Positions 17,720-26,700 of a stretch of 64,000 nt of DNA are shown here, in pieces; the stretch's first letter is position 1; every line of letters starts with the position of its first letter. The translations under genes were made by a program, and so were the position numbers. The notes beneath the pieces are model-generated. The model ran no database searches. It worked only from the letters and a program-made list of their open reading frames with translations, and was not told the origin of the DNA. The DNA comes from Candidatus Omnitrophota bacterium (lineage in GTDB: Bacteria > Omnitrophota > Gorgyraeia > Zapsychrales > Fredricksoniimonadaceae): the NCBI GenBank assembly GCA_015232565.1, contig JADFZK010000010.1, positions 987-64,986 on the forward strand, given 5' to 3'.

Positions 17720-19138
17720 CTACCGCTCTTTCCTTTGGTTCCTGACAGTTTCTACCAATGCTTCCAGCCGCGTCCGCAAAGTCCCCTGCAAAGGGTCACA
17801 GACCGAGGGCACTTCTATCTCCAGCACCGGACAATTCCCGGCCGCCGTCACTATTTCCCGAATAACTTCGCCCTCCAGGGCGCAGTGACTGGCCCCGGGG
17901 ATACGGGAAATTATCAAAGCCTCCGAACCAAAAGCGCGCATATCGCGCTGAATGCGTTGCGCCCGTTCCTGGGCCGTACCCGCCATCGGATCGGCCAGCG
18001 CCACGCGCGCCAGGGCTTCCAAAGGCGGAATATCATCCGGTATCTGGTCCAGGGCATGGGTAAACAAATAATCCGTCCCGCAGATCCGCCCGCCGCACTC
18101 CTCCAGCAGGTTCATAGCTTTCAGGTCGGCCACCGGGTTAACCCAGAACACCCGCACTGCGTCCCGGCCATGAAACCCCACCCCCCGCCCGGTCCGCTCC
18201 CGGACCGTGGCCAGTAACTCCTCCAACACCACCAGCGTTTCGGCGCGATCGGAACAATAATGCAAGGCCAGCATCTCGGCCACCAGCAACTCCAGGGCCG
18301 GCAAAGGCGCCAGCCCGGCGGTAAATACTGCTCGGCGCAATTCCGCCAGGCAAGACCGCACTTTATTGGCCTGATGGATACTGGCCGCCAGCATCCGGTC
18401 GGTCAGCTTGACATTGCACTGCATGGTAAAACCTGTTATTACGCGCGCCAGCTCGGCCTGGACAAAAGCCACCTGCCCGGCACCGGCCCGCGCACCGCCC
18501 GGCAATAACGCCGCTTTCTCACCCGGCTCAGGTTCCCGCCGTTGAGGCAGTTCCCACCACAATACCGGATGCCCCAGGCCTTCCACCCGCTGGGCGATCG
18601 CCGAAAAATCATCACAAGTCGCGCCCACACTGCAAACCAGCAGGTCCGGCCGCGGAAAATGCTCCCCGGAAACAAAAGCCCCCAGCATGGCGCGAACCGG
18701 ACAAAACGACTCGTCCACTCCCAGGCGGTCAGCGATCGCCAGCAAACCGGCATTGTCTTCCAGCAAACACGGCAGCCACCACGCTCCGTCCGGATAAAAC
18801 GCCACCAGATCCGGATAAGCGCAGGCAATGACCGGCACCGTACCCAGGTCTTTCATGGCCCCGATCAGTGTTTTACCGGCCAACCGGGCCTGGCGCAAAC
18901 GATCTTCCTCGGTCAGCAAAAAGTTCCACAGTTTAAGCGCCGCAAAAGAATTGTCGAACTGCAGCCGGGCCAGGCGCGTATTCCCGCTCCGCACATGCCG
19001 CCCCAGCAAACCGCCATAACCGGCGTCCCGGGGTTCCAATGACCCCGCGCGCTCGTAAGCCTCGTCCCATTCCTCCAGCGTGATCTGCCGTGGAACCGCT
19101 ACCGGGCCCAGCGCCCGCTCTGCCAGGCAAAGGCTCAC
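17720..19138 (-). CDS. 2-hydroxyacyl-CoA dehydratase / DCCP-like subunit (HGD-D family)
   Basis: Cysteine ligand-type motifs FCPVRAMLG, VGATCDDF and GASHCALE are present. The gene is coupled to the activator ATPase gene. Confidence 0.65.
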   Translation of the reverse strand: MSLCLAERALGPVAVPRQITLEEWDEAYERAGSLEPRDAGYGGLLGRHVRSGNTRLARLQFDNSFAALKLWNFLLTEEDRLRQARLAGKTLIGAMKDLGTVPVIACAYPDLVAFYPDGAWWLPCLLEDNAGLLAIADRLGVDESFCPVRAMLGAFVSGEHFPRPDLLVCSVGATCDDFSAIAQRVEGLGHPVLWWELPQRREPEPGEKAALLPGGARAGAGQVAFVQAELARVITGFTMQCNVKLTDRMLAASIHQANKVRSCLAELRRAVFTAGLAPLPALELLVAEMLALHYCSDRAETLVVLEELLATVRERTGRGVGFHGRDAVRVFWVNPVADLKAMNLLEECGGRICGTDYLFTHALDQIPDDIPPLEALARVALADPMAGTAQERAQRIQRDMRAFGSEALIISRIPGASHCALEGEVIREIVTAAGNCPVLEIEVPSVCDPLQGTLRTRLEALVETVRNQRKER

Positions 19139-20202
19139 CGTAAACCCTCCATAAAAGCCCCGATACGATTTCGGACACGCTCGTTCATTCTTCCGCCGTC
19201 CAACTCAATATCCAGCAACGGCACCTCCAGCGCCGCGCGAAAACGCTCGGCTTCTGCATGCCATTTATCGCACCACAAGTGGCGCACAAAAACCACCCCG
19301 CGCACTTGCCGGGACCGGACCGCTTTTTCCATCCAGGCGAAGATCCCGCTGTTCGGCCGCTGAAAAACATCGGGGATCGCGCGAAAATACGCTTCCGTCA
19401 ACACGCCGGTCGGGTCCTCCTTGATGCGCCGCAAATCAAGCCGCGCCGGAAAAGCCCGCTCTCCCGACTCGGTGCCGTTAAAGACCACTTCGGCGCCATG
19501 ATCGGCAAAAACATCAAACAAGTCGAACTGGCGCGCGGTTAAAGGCCCGCCGATAAAACCCACCGGGACCGAGCCCGCATACGGCCGCCCGCAAGCCAGG
19601 CCGGCGAAATTCTCGTCCCGCACCTTGCCGTTCTCGCCAAAAAACTGCAATTCACGCGCAAAATCACCAGCCGACAGATCGTTCTGGCGCGCCAACACCA
19701 TCCGGCGGTTAATATCGTATTCCAACAGTATCGACACCAGGCGCTCCGGCTCCACCCGTTTACCGCCCAGCGTTACACAAAAACGGCCCAGCCGCTCCAG
19801 CTCGGCGGCATATAACGCGCTAACCTCGGGCGTGCCGCAGGTGGACGGCACATTCATCAGAAAACACGGCACCTTAGTACGCAAATTTATCAGATCGGCT
19901 CCCCGGCGCATCTGGTCGCAAGTAGTTACCAGCACTACTCCCAGGACCTGGGGATCGCTTACGGCCTCGTTAATGAACCCGCGCATATATGCGCAAACCC
20001 CGGACTCCACACTCACCGGCGGCGCACCCGAGCCGCCACAAAAAGCACTGCCGCCGGAAGTCATCCGCCACGGCACCAGGCCATGCGCCGCTATCCATTC
20101 CGCCGGCACAAAAGGACTGGTAAAGATGATCTTTTTTCCCCGCCGCAAAGCCGTACCCGGACTATCCATGGTTGCACCCCTGGCGGCCTTTAACAGTCTC
20201 AA
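19135..20202 (-). CDS. HGD-D family subunit (smaller paralog)
   Basis: The motifs GVCAYMRGF, VTTCDQMRR and HLWCDKW are present. It overlaps both neighbours. Confidence 0.6.
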   Translation of the reverse strand: MRLLKAARGATMDSPGTALRRGKKIIFTSPFVPAEWIAAHGLVPWRMTSGGSAFCGGSGAPPVSVESGVCAYMRGFINEAVSDPQVLGVVLVTTCDQMRRGADLINLRTKVPCFLMNVPSTCGTPEVSALYAAELERLGRFCVTLGGKRVEPERLVSILLEYDINRRMVLARQNDLSAGDFARELQFFGENGKVRDENFAGLACGRPYAGSVPVGFIGGPLTARQFDLFDVFADHGAEVVFNGTESGERAFPARLDLRRIKEDPTGVLTEAYFRAIPDVFQRPNSGIFAWMEKAVRSRQVRGVVFVRHLWCDKWHAEAERFRAALEVPLLDIELDGGRMNERVRNRIGAFMEGLR

Positions 20203-21361
20203 ACAACGATTGCACCCGCAAACTCAACCGGGCGTTATCGGAGGGCGAATAATCTGTCTCGATCTTCAGGTAAGGCATTCTCAGCTTGTCCTCGGCCAGC
20301 GCCTTAACGGCCTGGGCTTCTATATCGTAAGTCAGGCAGGTCCGCCAGACCACTTCGATCACACACTCCGCCCGGTATTCCCCGGCCAGAGCCTCCAGCC
20401 GCTCCAACCGCCGGTCGTTAGGCGTCATCACCGAACAGGGCAAATGAAAATATTTCGCCGCTAGCGCCCGTAACAGGTCCGGGGCATCAATGTCAATATC
20501 TTCCAGCACCGGCTTCTCGCCGGAACAGCTCTCCTGGCACACCACCAGCCCGCCATTATCCTCGATCAGGCCCAGCACGCGCTCGGCGCCGTGCGGCAAA
20601 GGCACGCCCGTCAGCAAAACCCGCACGCGCTTACCGGCCGCCGGCTTTATTTCCCGTCCGGCCAACCAGGCCGCGGCTTTGGAATACTGCTCGTGATCTT
20701 GCGGCAAACCGGCGATCAGGCTTCTCATCCCCAGCAATTCACGCCCGGTCAACGGCGGGCAAGCGCTTTGCATCAACCCGGCCAGCTCCCGCTTAAGGCG
20801 GCGGTCGCGATTCATTACCACGACGGCTTCTTTAAGCTTCTCATCCGTGATCTCAACCGCAAAACGTGCTTCCAGTTCTTTCCGCAACTTTCTCAGCTCG
20901 GCCACCCAATGCTCAAAAGCATCGGCATCGCGGGATTTTTGCGGCAATTCCAGCACATACATCGGATGCCGCTGGCCCAGCAATTCATACATTTTCTTTT
21001 TTCCGTCACAAGTGGTCTCCGCCACCACCAGACTGGCCATTTCCAGGAACGGATTGGCTTTTTCCAGGCTGTACCCAAAAGTCGACTTGATCAACGGACA
21101 AAGATTGGCCGGCAAAACCCGCTCCGCCGGCTCTACCATTTCCGCCGACCCGCCGCATAAGCACACCGGCACGCCACCCGCGGCCATGATCAGCTCCCGG
21201 GGGGTGAATTCACACATGATCCCCACGACCGGCGCCCCCTGGCTTTTACGCAATCGGGCATACGCCAGGCAATTCTGCACTTGGCCGGCAAAATGCTCCA
21301 GCGGACCGCCGTCCTGCGCCCGCGCCACCACCTGATCTTTTGTTCCGCAACATCCGGCCAT
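20162..21361 (-). CDS. HGD-D family subunit
   Basis: The motifs VGIMCEFTPRELIMAAG, ETTCDGKKKMYELL, CQESCSG and WRTCLTYD are present. Confidence 0.65.
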   Translation of the reverse strand: MAGCCGTKDQVVARAQDGGPLEHFAGQVQNCLAYARLRKSQGAPVVGIMCEFTPRELIMAAGGVPVCLCGGSAEMVEPAERVLPANLCPLIKSTFGYSLEKANPFLEMASLVVAETTCDGKKKMYELLGQRHPMYVLELPQKSRDADAFEHWVAELRKLRKELEARFAVEITDEKLKEAVVVMNRDRRLKRELAGLMQSACPPLTGRELLGMRSLIAGLPQDHEQYSKAAAWLAGREIKPAAGKRVRVLLTGVPLPHGAERVLGLIEDNGGLVVCQESCSGEKPVLEDIDIDAPDLLRALAAKYFHLPCSVMTPNDRRLERLEALAGEYRAECVIEVVWRTCLTYDIEAQAVKALAEDKLRMPYLKIETDYSPSDNARLSLRVQSLFETVKGRQGCNHG

Positions 21362-21390
21362 CCAGCACTCTTTCTTTACACCAGCCCCGG

Positions 21391-22983
21391 TTAACTTTTA
21401 GCAGCCTTGTCCCGGCAGGCCTGAAGGCACTCGCCATAGAACATTTTGACCGGCGCCCCGCCCACCAGGACCGCGCACCACATAACCTCGTCGAGCTCGG
21501 CGGGCGTAATGCCCATGGCCAAAGCTTTAGCGTAATGCAAATTAAAACAACCATGACAGCGCTGGAGCAAAACCAGCGCGAACAAGATCAATTCTTTGGC
21601 CCTTTTATCTATCACCCCGCTCGCCGTTACACTGGCCACCAGGTCGCCAAATGCCTTGGCCGATCCATTAGCCGTCGAAGCTAACCCTGCCGAAGCCGCG
21701 CCTTCCGCCATGCCCGTACAGCAGCACGCCGGCTCTTTATGCCCATCCTGTTTTTTATCCCCGCTCATTGCGCCCTCGCTTTTAGTCATCACCAGTTCAA
21801 TAGCCCCGCACCGGGCCGCCACCACTTCGCCTATCACCGCCGCGCCGGCACCGCGCGCTTTAAGTTCGCTCACCAACTCGCCCAAACGCGCCAGCGGTAC
21901 AGCTATCATCAGGCCGCCCGAAGTCTCGGCGCCCAATCCCAAATATTTATATTCATTGCCCACATCGGCGTCAGCGCATAATTCTGCGCCCACGAACTCC
22001 GCGTTACGCTCGCTGGCCCCGGATATAACCCCGGCCCGTAACAGGTCCAGCGCTCCGGAAAAGGCCGGCAAAGCATCCGCGTAGACCCGGGCCGCGGTGC
22101 CGGAATGACGCATCATGCGCAATAAATGCCCGAACAACCCAAACCCGGTTATGTCGGTGCAAGCCGAAACGCCCACCTTGACCATTGCCGCGGCGGCTTC
22201 CTTATTAAGAAGCATCATGGACTGTTCAGCCTCCAGTAACCCGGCCGCATGCTCCCGCCCTAACTGGCGCGCAAAAGTCAGGACCCCGGTGCCCAGCGGC
22301 TTGGTAAGCACCAGCACATCGCCCGGCCGGGCCGTTTCCAGGGCAACCGCCGCACCGTTCAAGATCTCCCCGGTGATGGCGAACCCCAGCTTGACCTCGG
22401 TATCTTTAATGCTATGCCCGCCCAGCAAAGCGCAGCCGGCGCTGGCCAGTGTTTCCATAGCGCCTTTTAACATCAGGAACATGATCTCTTTATCGTGAGT
22501 TTCTACCGGGAACGCCAGAATGCTCAGCGCAGTACGCGGCACCGCGCCCATGGCATAAATATCAGAAAGGCAATTGGCGGCGCAGATCTTGCCGAAGGTT
22601 AACGGGTCATCTACGCAAGGAGTGAAAACATCCACCGTCTGGACCAGCGTGGTGCCGGCATTGATCCGGTAAACACCGGCGTCATCCGCGGCGGCCAGGC
22701 CGGAAAGTACAGCGGGATCATCGACCGCCGGAAGGCGCGCCAGCAAGCCCTCCAGGTCGGCCGCCGGGATCTTGGAGGCGCAACCCGCGCTTGCGCTCAT
22801 GGCGGTCAGCTTGACACTGGCAATATCCACCGGAGTCGGCCGCTCGCCGGCACAAGGGCACAGGTCACATTCCAACAAGCTCGCGCACGGACAGGCCTGC
22901 TGGACATCACAAATGCAATGCCCCAGCGCCCTGGAACGCCCCATAACCCGGGCGCGAATCGTGTGTTTATTGTTTTCTGCCAT
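21391..22983 (-). CDS. selD: Selenide, water dikinase (SelD, Cys type) with Cys-rich N-terminal extension and C-terminal AhpD/CMD-like domain
   Basis: The SelD core includes MSASAGCASKIP, which aligns with the active-site GCGCK, and a PurM-like fold. The N-terminal ~55 aa are Cys-rich (HCICD..CPC..CDLCPC). The C-terminal ~110 aa carry an AhpD-like CxxC-type motif (LQRCHGCFNLHYAKALAMG). Confidence 0.8.
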   Translation of the reverse strand: MAENNKHTIRARVMGRSRALGHCICDVQQACPCASLLECDLCPCAGERPTPVDIASVKLTAMSASAGCASKIPAADLEGLLARLPAVDDPAVLSGLAAADDAGVYRINAGTTLVQTVDVFTPCVDDPLTFGKICAANCLSDIYAMGAVPRTALSILAFPVETHDKEIMFLMLKGAMETLASAGCALLGGHSIKDTEVKLGFAITGEILNGAAVALETARPGDVLVLTKPLGTGVLTFARQLGREHAAGLLEAEQSMMLLNKEAAAAMVKVGVSACTDITGFGLFGHLLRMMRHSGTAARVYADALPAFSGALDLLRAGVISGASERNAEFVGAELCADADVGNEYKYLGLGAETSGGLMIAVPLARLGELVSELKARGAGAAVIGEVVAARCGAIELVMTKSEGAMSGDKKQDGHKEPACCCTGMAEGAASAGLASTANGSAKAFGDLVASVTASGVIDKRAKELILFALVLLQRCHGCFNLHYAKALAMGITPAELDEVMWCAVLVGGAPVKMFYGECLQACRDKAAKS

Positions 22984-23123
22984 GACCGGGCCGTTCTTTC
23001 GTCGGCGTGCCTTGACAGGCCCGCAATTAAACAGTATGATGTTTTACAATATATCGATTTTTAACAATTTACCATGGAATTATACATTACCTTTTTCACA
23101 ACGCAAGGACTTTCTACTGCCAT
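22984..23123. promoter_or_regulatory. AT-rich divergent promoter region between selD and the YceI-like gene
   Basis: A locally AT-rich stretch (ttaaacagtatgatgttttacaatatatcgatttttaacaattt) lies between divergent start codons. Confidence 0.4.
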
Positions 23124-23708
23124 ATGAAGACTTACAACCAGACCACGGCGGCTTGTTATATTTACACTTTCAAGAAGGGCCTGCTCTCTGCTTTGGCCCA
23201 TGACCTGAAGATCCAAGTTTTTAAGTTTGAGATAAAAACCACTGGCAGTACGAAGGATACCGCGGACTGGAAAAACATTGAGGCCAGGTTTGATGCCGCC
23301 AGCCTACGCACTGTTTGCGCCATGAAGGACGGCGCGCGCTCTCCGGCAAAACTGTCGGATCAAGACAAGCGCGATATTGACCGGAACATCATTAATGCGG
23401 TTTTACACTCGCAGGAATTTCCCGGCATCACCTTTCGCTCCAGCAGTATTACCCGGCGAAAATCCGGCGTGGTTATCAAAGGCGCACTGACCATTTGCGG
23501 CCAAACCCGCACCATTACTCTCCCGGTCCAGGAATTAAATACCTGTTATCGCTCCGAACTGGTCATCGACCAGCGCGACTTTGGCATCCAGCCCTTCAGC
23601 GCCTTAATGGGAGCAATGCAAATTAAGCCGGAGATCATCGTGCGGATCGAGCTGGGTAAGGTTACGGCGAAGGCACCGCTATCGGAGCATTGTCCGACAG
23701 ACCCATAA
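23124..23708 (+). CDS. YceI-like periplasmic/lipid-binding domain protein
   Basis: ITFRSSSI...GVVIKGALTICGQTRTITLPV resembles the conserved core of the YceI family. The 3' end overlaps the convergent giant gene by 47 nt. Confidence 0.5.
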   Translation: MKTYNQTTAACYIYTFKKGLLSALAHDLKIQVFKFEIKTTGSTKDTADWKNIEARFDAASLRTVCAMKDGARSPAKLSDQDKRDIDRNIINAVLHSQEFPGITFRSSSITRRKSGVVIKGALTICGQTRTITLPVQELNTCYRSELVIDQRDFGIQPFSALMGAMQIKPEIIVRIELGKVTAKAPLSEHCPTDP

Positions 23709-26700
23709 ACTCTGGCAAGGCCACCAGCAATGGACTGATATCAACAATTATCGGCGCAAGGCCCACAGAACTTTGTAATTGCCGGATCATCGCCGGATCA
23801 AGATCAAATTTAACGCCTGGCCCTTCACCCTCCAACCGGAGATCGAGCTTGTCCCGGGCCAGATCAATACCGCCCACCTCGTCAATGAGCCCTACGGCTG
23901 GTGCACCCGCCATCGAGCTGTCAAACGGGACAAGATAAGCCTTGGCCGCACCAGTTGAATCCAGGTAGTACTTCCCACCCAGATAGCCGCCGATCTTGTC
24001 CAGGCCGTAATCCACTTCCTGTTTTCCATACCGGTTTTCAACAAAACCTCCCGAACCAAAATACTTCCCATGCCCCGGCTGGCCGATAAGAAAGCGCCTT
24101 GCGCCAATATGTTGGGCGAATTGCCGTGCATACTCGACCATGCCACTGCCCACCGCGTTCATTAAAGGCTCGATGCGCTCATAATCAGCATTGATCTCCA
24201 GGTTCTGGATCACCAGGCTGCCGTCCGTGGCGATATACAACCACGCCGCGGCCATGGTCTTTTGCGTATCTTCATCAATGACCTCAAGGACATTCAGCCC
24301 TTCATCGATCAGCCGGTCCATCATCGCATCCGGATATTGATTGGAATTCATCCCCAAACAGCAATTGGTAAAATCCCCGATAAACAAATCGTGCCCAGGA
24401 TTACGCAGGATCGGCCTGACCAAAAAATGCCGACGCTGTTTCCCAAGATCCTTTTGATATTCCGGATTATCCATCCTCGCCTGGAGCGTGGCAATACGCT
24501 CGCCCAAATGCGTGACCATTTCCAGCAGAGGAACATTGTGCTGAACATTCTCTGCTGAAACCAGCCTGCTCTGTATTGCTAACAGCATTTTCAGATTAGT
24601 ACGCTCCGCGATCGCCGAAACGATATCGCGCTTCTTTGCAGCGCCCACCACCCTAATGGCTGACACCAGCCCCCGAGGATCCCTAACAGCCGCCAGGCCG
24701 CTCTGTTTTAAGAACTGCATCAACGCCTCACGCTGGTCAGGCTCCAGCTCAGCATTCAATGTATTCACAATGTAATTCGCCACCACCCCGGCATCAGCCA
24801 CCGGGTCGTACTCTTGCATGGAATTCTCATGATACAGAAAAGCCCCTTCCGGCATTCTGCTGTTTCCGGCTCTGCCTAACCAGCGCTCAACATCGATCCC
24901 CGCACCAGCCAGAGCCTCACGCACCAACTTGTTGTGCTGTGCGATCAACTTTCCCTGTTCATTCGCCTGCTCGGTGTCTTCTATAAAAACCCAGAACCGC
25001 CCCTGCAACATGGCCGCTACCAACGCCCGAAACCGCTCATATTTCTCCGGCGTATTTCCCTTTATAAATAACAAAGCATCCCGGATCCGGGAAAGATAAG
25101 GCATATATAAACTTTGCCCCGCCTCCGCCGAAACTGCTTCGGCGGGAACTTCAAGATAACTGGCGAGCTCACCCATGAACAAGCCCTCCAGGTGCTTCGC
25201 CAGATCCGTAACGCTCATTGGCTCTGACAGGGCGTTGAGTATTTCTACGCAACGCCGGCCTTTCCCCAGATCAATAAACCCCGCCATCGTGTTAATGACT
25301 TTAAATAATGTCGTCATATCTACCCGAAAAGCCTTTCGCGAAATCTTTTCGTGCTCCACCCGCATTCGTTCCAGCACACCGCGCAAAGCCTGCATAGCCG
25401 CCCCATTGCGCAGAAAACTTTGTTTGCTTCCCAGAAACCTGACCACTACCGGCACGCCACCATTATTCTTCAGGGAAGCAGTAATATATTGCGCGCCTTG
25501 TCCGGGCAAAAAAGCCTCCAAAGCGCCCACCAGCGGCAGATATTCCCTCTGAAACACATCTCGGCTGATCTGGCGATCCTCGGAGGATCCTTTGTTCGCT
25601 TCATCCAAAGCCGACACAACATCCGTTAGCAAAGCGTCTTCACGCTCCACGCTCGGCACATCGAGACCAGACACCCAATCAAGAACATATGCATTGCCGA
25701 GCACCAAAAGCCCCCGGCGATCCCAGAACTCATACTGCTTTATTGCTTCAGGCCCCGTCTGGCCTTGCTCAACCATTCTCAGGCAAAGCGCTCCTAGTGC
25801 ATTTACAATAGCGCATTGTACAACCATCCTGGCACTCTTCAGTCGGAATTCCAGATCACCGATTGTCATTCGACCCTGCTCAACCTCCCTTATGTAAAGC
25901 AGGGTCAACGCATTCCCGATATTACGCAACGCCTCTGAATCATACTCGACCTTCTCAAGCGCCTCCATATCAACAATTGCCATCTTCCCGAGCTTGATGC
26001 GAAGCGTGTTTAGCGCATTCCTGAACGCAGGCTCTATAAGTGAATCATTGGCGCTCTTTTCCGCACGAGCCTCAAAAGCCTCCATTGTCATTTGCCCTTG
26101 TTCCACCCTCCTCAGGTAAAGCGTCCCCAGCGTAAGCGCAATCGCACACCGCACATTTACCGCTTCAATTTTATACTCGGACTCCAAAGCCTCTATAGTC
26201 AATTTTTCTTGCTCAACCAGGCTTATGTACAGAGCGATCAACGCCTCATGGTTCGCCAGCCTTAACTCTGAATCACCCAGTGTCCTCAGACGACTCTCCA
26301 GACCATCTTTGGTCCATCGGCCTTGCTCGATCAAATGCAAATAGATCAACACCAACCCATTCATGATCGCCCTGCGCACCTTCCAATCTTCTTCCGTCAT
26401 TAAGCGTAATTCTAAAGCCTCCTTGGTCGTCTGACCCTGCACCACCATCTTTAAGTAAAGCGAGCCCGAACCCTTTATGATCTGCGGCACTACATCCAGA
26501 TTTGGCTCACGCTTCAGGAAAGCCTCCATAACCTCCGCTGACACTTGTCCTTGTTCGAGCTTCCTTAAGTAAAGCTTACCCAGCAATTCAAGCGCTTGCT
26601 GAAGACTTTGATTGCCTTCTACCGCCCTCCAACGGTTTTCAAACATATCCAAGGTCATCCGGCCTTGCTCGACCATCTTCTCGTCAAACATTAGCACCAC

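Noticed and set aside
16889-21361. Benzoyl-CoA reductase (BcrABCD) assignment for the HgdC/HGD-D genes
   Set aside because: Bcr needs two distinct ATPase subunits (BcrA and BcrD). Only one BadF/BcrA-type ATPase is present, so the more general HGD/DCCP-type call was kept.
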